Shown here piece by piece: positions 24,310 through 37,410 of a stretch of 64,000 nucleotides of DNA. The notes under the pieces are model-generated. The model was not told the DNA's origin. It saw only the letters and a list, made by a program, of their open reading frames with translations, and searched no databases. Made by a program: the position numbers and the translations under genes. Source of the stretch: the human T2T-CHM13v2.0 reference genome, Homo sapiens; assembly GCF_009914755.1 (NCBI RefSeq), contig NC_060938.1. The stretch is one strand, 5' to 3'. Within the stretch, counting starts at the first letter, position 1. Each line of letters starts with the position of its first letter.

Positions 24310-24990
24310 GATGCTTATTTTATTTTTGAATGCAACACCCATATAGAAAAGGACATGCATCATAAATGTACAACAGGATGTGTAACTTCAGAGCCCGCAT
24401 CTGTGTGACTGCCATCCAGATCACCCGGTAGAGTTCCCCAGCCTCATTCCCCTCCCCCTGCACCCTTCCAGCAGAGCCCCTGCACCTGCGGTCACTCTTG
24501 CCTCCTCCTTATATGGGCAACACTTCTGTCCTAGCAACCCTAAACAAGCTGGTGTGGCTTTCCCTGTCGGGGCCAGGGTGGGGGTTTATGTAAATAGAAT
24601 AAAGCTAGGTGATTGCTTTGTTCCTTGTTTCTTTCACCTGCTGTTTTGTCTGATGTGCAGCCAACCTTGATAACATTGCATCTTCCTGTATAGGGGTGTG
24701 AAATAATCTCAGTGTGTTGAGTTCTTGGTTTCTCTAGCTATAGTCCGTTGGCTTCCATGGCTCCACCATGTTCCATCATGCGAACATACAACAGGCTTCT
24801 CATCCATTCTGCTGTTGATGAACACTTGGGTGGTATCTGAATTGGCTGAGTGGCCCATGCTACTGTGAACACTCTCGCCCATGTGCCCACTTGTCCTAGG
24901 GTCCCTCCCCAGGAGTGGAATTGCCAGGTCACGAGATGTGTGCCTCTTCAACCCTTTTAGATAATGCCAATCTGTTATTGTTTCTAATTA
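24310..24990 (-). mobile_element. Old L1ME-like 3' fragment
   Basis: catccattctgctgttgatgaacacttggg...gagtggaattgccaggtca...ttagataatgccaa. Confidence 0.6.
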
Positions 24991-25353
<363 letters not shown>

Positions 25354-25853
25354 TTACAAAAAAAAAAAAAAAATTCTTCCTTGAGGGTATCCGGGCAGCT
25401 CTAGGCTCTTTATGCTACTATTCACATTATACAGTCAGTTTGTTAAGCTTCCCATAGACACAGAACCAAGTGCTGTTGGGGTTTTGGGTGGAATATTATT
25501 GAACCAAAGCAATTCAGGAAGAACTGGCATCTTCACAGGTTGTATCTTCCAATACAGGAGCATGTTTTATCTTGTTATTTGGTGTTCCTTATTTCTGTCA
25601 ATACAATTTTTAGTCTCAGATAAATTTGTTAGATATATTCCTAGATGCCCAATATTCTTTGATGCTTTTAAATTACATTTTTTTACTTGTTTGTTGATGT
25701 AGAAATACAATTTGAATTTGTTTTTCCTGTTTTTGTTTGTTTGTTTGGTTGGTTTTGTCTCCTGTTGCATTTTGGACACTGTCTTTAGATTGGTTTTCTA
25801 GTTTATTCATCTTTCTTTAGCTGTATAAAATCTGCTGTTAAAACTTATGCATT

Positions 25854-26201
<348 letters not shown>

Positions 26202-26519
26202 CTAATTTTTGGTTAATTTTCAGTTTTAAATATTTTTATTTGGTTCTTTTCCAAATCTTCTCTGACATGTTTTATAGTTTTCAGTCTCCTGTGATATGTT
26301 TGAATTTTTGAATCTTTTAAACTTAGCAAGCATCGTTATTTGATGTGATCTGATCTTCTGCTTATAATTCCAAAACCTGAAGTCTTTGTGCATCTGTTTC
26401 TATTGTCTTTTGTTTTTGCTGGCTCTTGATTGTGAATTTAATTTCATTTTGTGTGTGGTTATCTTTGTGTGCTAGAGATTGTATTGAAAAATTGCTTGTA
26501 AGAATAATTTGAGCCTTAG

Positions 26520-27047
<528 letters not shown>

Positions 27048-27309
27048 AATAGTACCTTTCTTTAAGGATGGTGTTGGTTTGCTTTTTGCAGGTGCCTAGT
27101 GGGGCACTACCTGTCTGGAAGTATTTTACACGAAGTTTAAGCCTTGAGATTTCCTGGAGCAGGACCTCTGAAGTCACCATCACAAATGGCAGGCCCACAC
27201 AAGGACTGATTTACTTCTGACTCACCCATGGCCTTCAGGCTTAGAGTTGGGGCCTTGTCGGATTCCTCTCTCTTACCAACTCTGGGCTTTGACTCTGTTG
27301 TCCCTAATG

Positions 27310-27505
27310 CCATGCTGATAAATAATTAATAACTGGCTCTTCATAAAAAAAAACAGTTTTGATCTGTAGCACCTGCCAATTCCCATGGTGTAAACACTCC
27401 TGCCATGGCTGACTTCAAGTTACCAACACAACATCACTGAGTGTGGGATTGGAAAAAGATGCCCATGGCTGGCTCTTAAGAGTCCTCTGAGCCTTGCTGG
27501 TTCTC
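27310..27505. mobile_element. MER63-like hAT DNA transposon relic
   Basis: tgtagcacctgccaattcccatggtgtaaacactcctgccatggctgacttcaagttaccaac matches the recalled MER63 core. Confidence 0.65.
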
Positions 27506-27667
27506 CCTCACCTGCCATTGAGGGGGCCGATGGGTGCAACAGTCATTCCTGAGGCTGCAAAGTTCTTTAAAGCAGAAGCAGCTGACTCTTGCTTATGTTT
27601 TGCAGTACTTGCTGGGCTCTCAACTCCTCCAAGGTTTTGGCCTGGTAGTGCATTCTTTGCTACCTGA

Positions 27668-28015
<348 letters not shown>

Positions 28016-29599
28016 TAATCCAGCTTTTCTAGTTGTGTTCAGTGGAAGAGTTGGTCCTAGTCACTAATCTGCTACTTATGGACAGAGACATCTCCTATTT
28101 TCTGTTGTAAGGACAGGAAAAAGCAGAAAATATAGAAAAGGAAATAAAGAGCAACCATCTCTCAAGAGTACTGCTGCCCAACAAGAACACTGCTGACATT
28201 TGGAAACTGTTTTCCAATTTGATTCTTATTGGAAAGCATAACAACCAGCCAGGGCCTGTGCTGCTGGAGCGGGCAGTTATGTGCAGGGAGACAGCTGGTT
28301 ACGGCTGGCTCTTGGCCTCGACGGAGCTTCTCAGCCTCTTGGAGCCTCTGTCCCCTCAGCTGCTGAAGGAACACATCTCCTGCACTTCTCAAGTTGCTGC
28401 CGGTGCGAAGGTGACTCCAGATTCTGCAGTTTGGGCTCCGTAGCTGCTCAGCAAATGTCAGCAGGTCCAGAAGCAAGGCTCCTCAGCTGCAGAGTGAATG
28501 CAAATGTCCCCATTGTAAATGGCCGTGGGGCCCAGGGCTCTGCAACCTTGGATGCCCAGGATCAGACCAGCTGTCCGCCGCTTTGGAATCTGGGTTTATG
28601 GGGGACCCGGGCCTCATAAATGTCAAAGCGTGCATTCTCGGCAGTCCAGGAGTCGGAAAACGTGTCTCTGAGGGGAGCATTCCTTCCATGCACACAGCTG
28701 CCTGGCTCACGTTTTTATCCTCGAGCCATAATTAGTCCTTTCCCCTGACCCTGAATTCCTGCCCCGGCCAGAAGCATGCTGTGGCCCTGGGGCCCGCGGC
28801 TCCTGGTGGTCGGTGCCCCTTCTGCTCTCCTGCAGCTGCGGCAGGTGGAAGAGCTGTCGGGGGTGGGAAGGGGGCTTGGAGGGATAAGGATGGGCTGGGG
28901 AGGGCTCCCAAGGCAGTGGACACTGTGGGCTCTGGGGACTGCATGGCTGTGGAGGGGGCATGTGCTGTTGGGCTCCCAGCCTCTTGGGGTCCTCTCTGTG
29001 CCAAGATAGAGCCTGTTACCCTCCCTGAGCAGGTGTGAGCAGACACCTGTCCCCTGCCCTGCATGGGAAGTGAACGATCCACTAAGTGGGGAGGTCAGGG
29101 TCAGATCCCCGGCCTTCCCATGCAGGATGACTGCTCAGGCCCAGGACAATGGGTGGTCAACAGAAACCCCATCCCTGCCCATAGAGGGTGCTTCCCAGTT
29201 CACAGTGACACAGCCTGGCCTGCTCCTCTTCCAGCCACCCAAGGCAAGACACAGAGCAGGAGGCTGAGGCTGGTGTGAGGGAAAGGGGGATGCAGCAAGG
29301 GGATACCTCAACCTTGCCCGAGCTACAGACAGGTGAGGACTTCTCCCTCACCTGGTGTTTTCCACTGCATTCTGAAGAGCAGGTGACACCCACCCCAGGG
29401 TGGATCCAGGATGGATCTCTGGGTTTCCTGCCATCTACAATGACCCTCCTCATTTCCCCTGGCTAGCTGCCCCCTAGGATGGAGAATGCATCATGGTCAC
29501 TGACACTTGGCGCCCTTTTCCAGCCTCAATGGCCTGGCAGAGCCAGTGGGGACACAGCAATAATGTGGGTGGCAGTAATAACAGCAGCTGAACCACCTG

Positions 29600-29820
29600 A
29601 GCACCATCCTGACGAGGCATAGCCTGAGCTCTGTGAACAGTGAAGTCCATCTGGTCTCTCAGTGGCCTGAGAGTGACTCTAACTATTATCCTCATTCTCT
29701 GAAGGAGGAAAACAAGGCAAGGGGATTTAAATAATTTTTAAAGGTCAGATACCTTCACAAAGGCTGAAGTGGGAGTCAGATGATAGTGTCTGGGTGGAGA
29801 CCCCATACTCTTACCCTCAA
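29600..29820 (-). mobile_element. MIR fragment
   Basis: actattatcctcattctctgaaggaggaaaacaagg...aaataattttaaaggtca. Confidence 0.5.
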
Positions 29821-30014
29821 CTCTGAGCCATCTGCTATACAACATCTATTTGCTGAGTGGAAGGTGTGTAGCCTGAACCATGCTCACTTCTGGTCCAGAG
29901 CTCTTTCCTCAGGGCCCTGGGACATTCACGTTTAGTGTACAGTGGTATATGTATGCTGAATTCCTACATTAGGCCAGCCACATAGTCAGCACTGATTGCT
30001 AAAAGAATAACTGA

Positions 30015-30160
30015 ATAAGGATAAATGCTTGAGGGGATGGATACCCCATTCTCCATGATGCGATTATTTCACATTCCCTGCTTGTATCAAAACATCTCAT
30101 GTACCCCATAAATATATACACCTACTATGTACTCACAAAAATTAAAAATTAAAAAAGATA
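30015..30160 (+). mobile_element. L1MA-like 3' end (5'-truncated)
   Basis: ggataaatgcttgaggggatggataccccatt...catgtaccccataaatatatacacctactatgtac followed by an A-rich tail. Confidence 0.85.
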
Positions 30161-32489
30161 CAAGTTAAACATCTGGCCAGTTATAATGATATGAAAAGTA
30201 ATAAGGACAAAATATAAATAAAAGATTATAAGCAACAATAGCAAAAAGCATAATTGGATAAAAGGAAAAAAAAATCCCATTCCATGATGAAGAAACTAAG
30301 GTTCTAGGGAGCCAGGAAGTGGGGTCCGGGCTCCTGGCTGAGCTCTTAACCCAGAGCCCTAGCAGTTACATTTTCCACAGAAGGACAGAATGAGCACATG
30401 GGAGAGGCTTACTTGAAGTCCCCTTGCCATCAAGGGGCAAGGGTGGCACCTACCTCTCTTTGGGCAGGGCCCTGATCCTGCTGGATGGGGGCTGCCAGGG
30501 CTGCTGCTGAGCAGACTCCTAGGCTGATTCCTGGACCTGATTTTCATTGACGCTGCAAAGACCTCAGCAGAGCGCCTTTGCGCCCTGATGAGATTGACAC
30601 ACAGCTCAAACACACTGCATCCTTGTGGGGGTGGAGGAGATGCACAGACCCTGGCAGAATGCAAGAGAAGCCTGTTTAATGTGTCGACAGGAAGTATCAA
30701 CCTGCAGCAGAATTGCAATGCAGTCTGTCCTGGGAGGCCAGGGGCTGGGCAGGCGGGGCAGGCGTTTGCCTTGCCTCGTGGGCCACTCCCAGGATGACTC
30801 CTAGCCTGGCCAGGATGAAGGCTTTGGCCAGCGTTGACGCTGTTTCCCAATGCAGAGATCACTCTGACACAGGCCAGCATTGCCTCGGAGGTGGCCCAGA
30901 GCTGGGCGGGAGGGAGACAGGCAGATAGCAGGGAAGAATGAGCCATCTCTGTCCCCTCAGCTGGGGTGCCCAGATTCAGAGGTCTCATGGTGACGGCTGC
31001 CTTCCTGGACCTACTCCTGGTTGGGCTCAGAGACTGGTCCAGGGAAGGGCCTACACAGCACTCTACAGTGCAAGAGATGCCGTCTTGGCCCTGGGGCCTT
31101 TGAGAGTCCGCCCCTCCAGAGGAGCTGGGGCCACAGGGTGCCCTGGCCGGGGAGTCAGGAGGCCTGCAGTGCCAGGGCCCTCTTGCTGGCCGTGGGGTGT
31201 GTGCCACTGTGAGCGAGCGGAAGTGTGTGCATGTGTGAGTGGGTGAGAGTGTGTGTGTTGTGCATTGATGTGAGTGTGAGAGTGTGTGTGTCCCCAAGGA
31301 GGGGACAGATGGCTATGGGAGGGCTCCGCTCTGGACTGAGAGCACAAGTCTGTGAGTCAGGACCTCCCGGAGCCGTGGTCCGGGGCTGTGTGCTTGGGGT
31401 GGTGAGAGGCCCCTGGCACCTCCAGCGGCTCCCAGTCCTGTGTGGGTCCTGCAGCCTGTGGTGCACAGGGCAGTGGGGAATGGTCCTGGGGGCCACACGA
31501 AGCCTTGGGGAAGTGCTGCATTTCCATGCTGCAGAGGGCTTTGGGGTGCCGACTGCTGAACGAGGGGCTCCCTGCACTGCGGTCACCCTGTGGCAGTGTC
31601 GGGATGGGAGGACAGGGCCTTTGGGGGCTGCTGGGCCCTGCTCACCCTCCCTGGGCAGCCTGAGCCGGGAGGTCAGGTTGGGGGTGCTGGGCTCCCAGAT
31701 TCAGCCCCAGGAGGCGTCCGGGCTGCCATGCTCACCCCGGCCCCGCCCGGAACAAGGGCTCAGAGGGAGAATGAACGGCAGCCGCCTGGTTTGCACATAA
31801 TTTGTTCTGGGGCAGAGTTGCGGCTGTTAAAAGCCTCGGTGAAAAAGCCTCTGGGAATGTGACAGCCTGAGACAGGGAAAATCAGCCCAGGGTCCCTCCT
31901 CGGGTTCACACTGCTGGAACCTCTGCAACCTGCCTGGCAATTTGGATGTCACCAAAATCTGCCCTGCGGTTGGACGCTGGTGGCTGAGGGTGAGTCCACC
32001 GGGCCTGCTGAGGAGGAGAGCGGAGCAGGGCATCATGGGCAGGGGGGTGCTGGAGAGGGCTGGGGGGCATGTGGGGAGCAGCTGGCCCCTCTGGTGGCCC
32101 AGGGCACCTCTGGAGAGGGAGAGGCCTGAATGGGGGCTCCTGTCTCCACCCAAGGCTGTGGGGAGACCAGGACTCCCCACCAGTGAGGAGGGGCCATTTT
32201 TGGAGCTGCCTGCTCTGCCGAGTGAGCTTGTGGCAGGCACAAAGTGGACAAACAGACAAGCATCTGAGTGGTGGCTGCCCAGGCCTCCAGGCCCTGGGGG
32301 ACAGCAGCTCCTCGCTCAGGAGGAAATGCTGTCCCCTCTGGGCAGGGGTGTCTGTATCTAAAGGAGTTGGGACACCTGGGCTCTGCCGGGGCTGGTGGCT
32401 GGGCTGGTCCATGCCCCTCTTGGGGGTCAGACAGTGGCAGGGCCTGCAGAGCCTGGGTGTCCTTGTGGTGCTGGCAGGTTGCAGAGGGT

Positions 32490-32812
32490 GGTGCATGAGT
32501 TTGCGGGAGGACCACAGCCGGCGCCCACACGGCAGACGTGGGTTCTCTCATGTCATGGCTTGAAGACGGCTCAAGGCGTGGGCAGGGCTGCTTTCTCCTG
32601 AGGCCTCTCTCCTTGGCCTACGGATGGCCACCTTCCCTCTGTGTGCGTCCCAGTCTCCTCTTCTTACAAGGACCCCAGTCAGACTGTATCAGACCCCACC
32701 CCAGTGACCTCATTCCACCTTAATAACCTCGATAAAGACCCAATCTCTAAAGGCAGTCGCACCCCGAGGGCCGCCTTCAGCATAGGAAGTTGGGAAAACG
32801 TAATTCAGCCCA
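32490..32812 (-). mobile_element. MLT1 (MLT1B/C-like) solo LTR
   Basis: ctgaggcctctctccttggc...tcctcttcttacaaggaccccagtc...gtgacctcatt...taaagacccaatctc...aattcagccc. Confidence 0.7.
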
Positions 32813-33949
32813 GGAGAGGTGGGAAGTGGGCCAGGCACTCAGGGGCGGGGATATCCAGGAGGCCTGGCTTGACCTGGCCTTGCCGCAGGCATCGCTGGTG
32901 GGCCCTCCTCAACCTCTGCCTGCAGGCTCAGGAAGTTTGTTGTGAAGCAAACAATCCCTGCGCTCCGAAGGCGCTTCTTCAGGCCGAGATCCAAAAATCT
33001 GACCCCCAGAACCTCCAATGACCAACTCTTTTTCCTCATGATGCCACCACCGTCCTCACCATTATTGTCATCGGCGTCATTGTCACCTCCATTGATTGAG
33101 CCCCTACCAGCTGCCAGGGCTGGGCAGGTTCCTTCTCACAGGTGGCCTCATACAATGCGCCAGCAGCCCTGGAGGTGGGGCAGCTGTGCCACTGCCCCAT
33201 GAGAGAACAATCTGTCATGAGTGGGTTCTGCCCATGAGGACCCAGCCAAAGCGAGGTGGCCAGGATCAGGCAGGGCCAGCACCAGAGCCTCAGGCTTGGG
33301 CCTAAGCCTACCACGGGGACCCAGGCCGCCCTCTCCACAGCTCAGGGTGAGGCTGGATCTTCCTCGCTGGTGGGCACGCACGCAGGCGGGCAGGCTGAGA
33401 GGTGGGTGCTGGCCTGGTCTGCCAGGAAGGGTGGCCTCAGCTGCCCGCCCCAACCCTCACCAGTGGAAGAGAGGAACGAGGAGAGGTCATGAATGACTGG
33501 AACTGCCCTCCCGTGACCTGCCAGATGACCATCCAGGTTAAATTGAGATCTGAGTTTCATAAAAGCAAATTAAATAGACATACATGTATATTTTGATAAT
33601 TAAAAGTTTTGAACCAGCCATTCACTCAAGGGTAGTTCTGGGGAATTTGTGCCCATGAGACCCTCCCCCTGGTGGGACAGAAGGAGCTAGGAGTGGGAGG
33701 CCAGGGGAGGCCTGTCTCCCTCATCCCCCATGTCCAGGGAAAGCTGTGTGGGCCTGGGCCAGCTCTCTGGCCCCATGGGCACTCTGTGCCTGGTGACAGC
33801 AGAGGTCCTGCTCTTGGGAGGCTCTGACCCCCCACAGCGGGGCTGCTCTGGGGGAGTGCTGGGGAGCTGCGGTGTCCGGGGAGGGAGCTGGGACCTGCTC
33901 CCTTGTGCTGGTGGTGTACCTGCCTGGCACCTCCCTGGCACCAAGCGTC

Positions 33950-34085
33950 TCATAGGACCCTGCAACAGTCCCGGCTGGGGATGCTGCCTGCAGGTTTCAA
34001 TGGGGAAACTGAGGCTCAGAGGTGGGATGGGACCTGCCACCCTGTGTGACTGGCAGGACAGAGATGGGGCTGGATTGGGCCCCAG
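33950..34085 (-). mobile_element. MIR fragment
   Basis: atggggaaactgaggctcagagg. Confidence 0.55.
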
Positions 34086-34783
34086 CATGGCTGGCCCTAA
34101 AGTCCCCTGCTTTCATGCTCTGACCATAAGGCTTTCCTCGTGGAGGTTGCTGGGGAGATGAGTGGGGTTGTTGCACAGGCCTCCCGGGTTTAGGCCGCAC
34201 CTGGGCAGGGACCTCCCAGCAGAGATGGTCCCCCCATTTGGTGTGGAGGGACCACATGAGCAAGGCAGAGTAGGAGGTGCATTGGGGATCTCGCGGTGTA
34301 GGGGGTGGGGCCTGCAGGGGGCGGCTGGGATGGGGAATGGGGCCGAGGCCGGGGGGTGATGGTGAGGGTGGGAGTGTGAAGTGGCAGTGCCCCCACCTGG
34401 GCAGCTGGAGTGCATGGCCCTGAGCATTGGGTCCTGCATGGTCCTGCGGTGGCCTGGTGGGCCCAGGAGACCAGAAGGCCTGGGCTGATCCCTGAGGGTC
34501 TGTCTGGTGGGGGTGGCCAAGGGCACTCAGGGTCATGGTGCTGCAGAGGGGGTGTCAGAGGGCAGTGTTGGCAGGAGTTCTGAGTGAGGAGGTGAGAATG
34601 CCTGGTAAAGGTGGAGGGGGAGGGAGGGGAGGGAGAAAGAGGGGGTGAAAAGGGGGAAGGAGGGAGGGAGGAGGGAGAGGGGAGGCCCAGTAGACATCCT
34701 CACCCGGGGGGCAGTGAGGGTTAGGGACCCTGCCCTGCGTGAGTGATTGGGCAGGGGATCCTGAGGGCGCTTCCAGCCCCTGC

Positions 34784-37410
34784 ATGGTCAGGAGGTCACA
34801 CGCCCACTCACCCGCTCATTCATTCATTGCGTGGTCGGGAGCTCACACGCCCACTCACCCACTCATTCATTCATTGCGTGGTCGGGAGCTCACGCGCCCA
34901 CTCACCCGCTCATTCATTCATTGCGAGGTCTGGAGCTCACACGCCCACTCACCCGCTCATTCATTGCGTGGTCGGGAGCTCACACGTCCACTCACCCGCT
35001 CATTCATTCATTGCGTGGTCGGGAGCTCACACGCCCACTCACCCGCTCATTCATTCATTGCGTGGTCAGAAGGTCACACGCCCACTCACCCGCTCATTCA
35101 TTCATTGCGAGGTCAGGAGCTCACACGCCCACTCACCCGCTCATTCATTCATTGCGTGGTCGGGAGCTCACACGCCCACTCACCCGCTCATTCATTCATT
35201 GCGTGGTCGGGAGCTCACGCGCCCACTCACCCGCTCATTCATTCATTGCGAGGTCGGGAGCTCACGCGCCCACTCACCCGCTCATTCATTCATTGCGTGG
35301 TCGGGAGCTCACGCGCCCACTCACCCGCTCATTCATTCATTGCGAGGTCGGGAGCTCACGCGCCCACTCACCCGCTCATTCATTCATTGCGAGGTCGGGA
35401 GCTCACGCGCCCACTCACCCGCTCATTCATTCATTGCGAGGTCGGGAGCTCACGCGCCCACTCACCCGCTCATTCATTCATTGCGAGGTCGGGAGCTCAC
35501 GCGCCCACTCACCCGCTCATTCATTCATTGCGTGGTCGGGAGCTCACGCGCCCACTCACCCGCTCATTCATTCATTGCGTGGTCGGGAGCTCACGCGCCC
35601 ACTCACCCGCTCATTCATTCATTGCGTGGTCGGGAGCTCACGCGCCCACTCACCCGCTCATTCATTCATTGCGAGGTCGGGAGCTCACGCGCCCACTCAC
35701 CCGCTCATTCATTCATTGCGTGGTCGGGAGCTCACGCGCCCACTCACCCGCTCATTCATTCATTGCGAGGTCGGGAGCTCACGCGCCCACTCACCCGCTC
35801 ATTCATTCATTGCGAGGTCGGGAGCTCACGCGCCCACTCACCCGCTCATTCATTCATTGCGAGGTCGGGAGCTCACGCGCCCACTCACCCGCTCATTCAT
35901 TCATTGCGAGGTCGGGAGCTCACGCGCCCACTCACCCGCTCATTCATTCATTGCGTGGTCGGGAGCTCACGCGCCCACTCACCCGCTCATTCATTCATTG
36001 CGTGGTCGGGAGCTCACGCGCCCACTCACCCGCTCATTCATTCATTGCGTGGTCGGGAGCTCACGCGCCCACTCACCCGCTCATTCATTCATTGCGAGGT
36101 CGGGAGCTCACGCGCCCACTCACCCGCTCATTCATTCATTGCGTGGTCGGGAGCTCACGCGCCCACTCACCCGCTCATTCATTCATTGCGTGGTCGGGAG
36201 CTCACGCGCCCACTCACCCGCTCATTCATTCATTGCGTGGTCGGGAGCTCACGCGCCCACTCACCCGCTCATTCATTCATTGCGAGGTCGGGAGCTCACG
36301 CGCCCACTCACCCGCTCATTCATTCATTGCGTGGTCGGGAGCTCACGCGCCCACTCACCCGCTCATTCATTCATTGCGAGGTCGGGAGCTCACGCGCCCA
36401 CTCACCCGCTCATTCATTCATTGCGAGGTCGGGAGCTCACGCGCCCACTCACCCGCTCATTCATTCATTGCGAGGTCGGGAGCTCACGCGCCCACTCACC
36501 CGCTCATTCATTCATTGCGAGGTCGGGAGCTCACGCGCCCACTCACCCGCTCATTCATTCATTGCGTGGTCGGGAGCTCACGCGCCCACTCACCCGCTCA
36601 TTCATTCATTGCGTGGTCGGGAGCTCACGCGCCCACTCACCCGCTCATTCATTCATTGCGTGGTCGGGAGCTCACGCGCCCACTCACCCGCTCATTCATT
36701 CATTGCGAGGTCGGGAGCTCACGCGCCCACTCACCCGCTCATTCATTCATTGCGTGGTCGGGAGCTCACGCGCCCACTCACCCGCTCATTCATTCATTGC
36801 GAGGTCGGGAGCTCACGCGCCCACTCACCCGCTCATTCATTCATTGCGTGGTCGGGAGCTCACGCGCCCACTCACCCGCTCATTCATTCATTGCGAGGTC
36901 GGGAGCTCACGCGCCCACTCACCCGCTCATTCATTCATTGCGAGGTCGGGAGCTCACGCGCCCACTCACCCGCTCATTCATTCATTGCGAGGTCGGGAGC
37001 TCACGCGCCCACTCACCCGCTCATTCATTCATTGCGAGGTCGGGAGCTCACGCGCCCACTCACCCGCTCATTCATTCATTGCGTGGTCGGGAGCTCACGC
37101 GCCCACTCACCCGCTCATTCATTCATTGCGAGGTCGGGAGCTCACCCGCCCACTCACCCGCTCATTCATTCATTGCGTGGTCGGGAGCTCACGCGCCCAC
37201 TCACCCGCTCATTCATTCATTGCGAGGTCGGGAGCTCACGCGCCCACTCACCCGCTCATTCATTCATTGCGTGGTCGGGAGCTCACGCGCCCACTCACCC
37301 GCTCATTCATTCATTGCGTGGTCGGGAGCTCACAGGCCCACTCACCTGCTCATTCGTTCATTTCGTGGTCGGGAGCTCACACGCCCACTCACCCGCTCAT
37401 TCATTCATTC
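34784..37410. repeat. Minisatellite/VNTR, 47-bp unit G[T/A]GGTCGGGAGCTCACGCGCCCACTCACCCGCTCATTCATTCATTGC, ~56 copies (2.6 kb)
   Basis: Unit read directly; 47-aa periodicity in all three + frames. Core units differ almost only at one A/T position; the terminal units are degenerate. Confidence 0.98.

Noticed and set aside
30359-31297. 312-aa ORF and many other 60-300 aa GC-rich ORFs
   Set aside because: Pro/Gly/Ala/Arg-rich composition expected from stop-poor GC-rich DNA; they overlap on both strands and show no recognisable domains.
34784-37410. CRISPR-like array
   Set aside because: Units are contiguous with no unique spacers, there are no cas genes, and the context is human; this is a minisatellite. 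The same applies to the 39-, 35- and 38-bp arrays.
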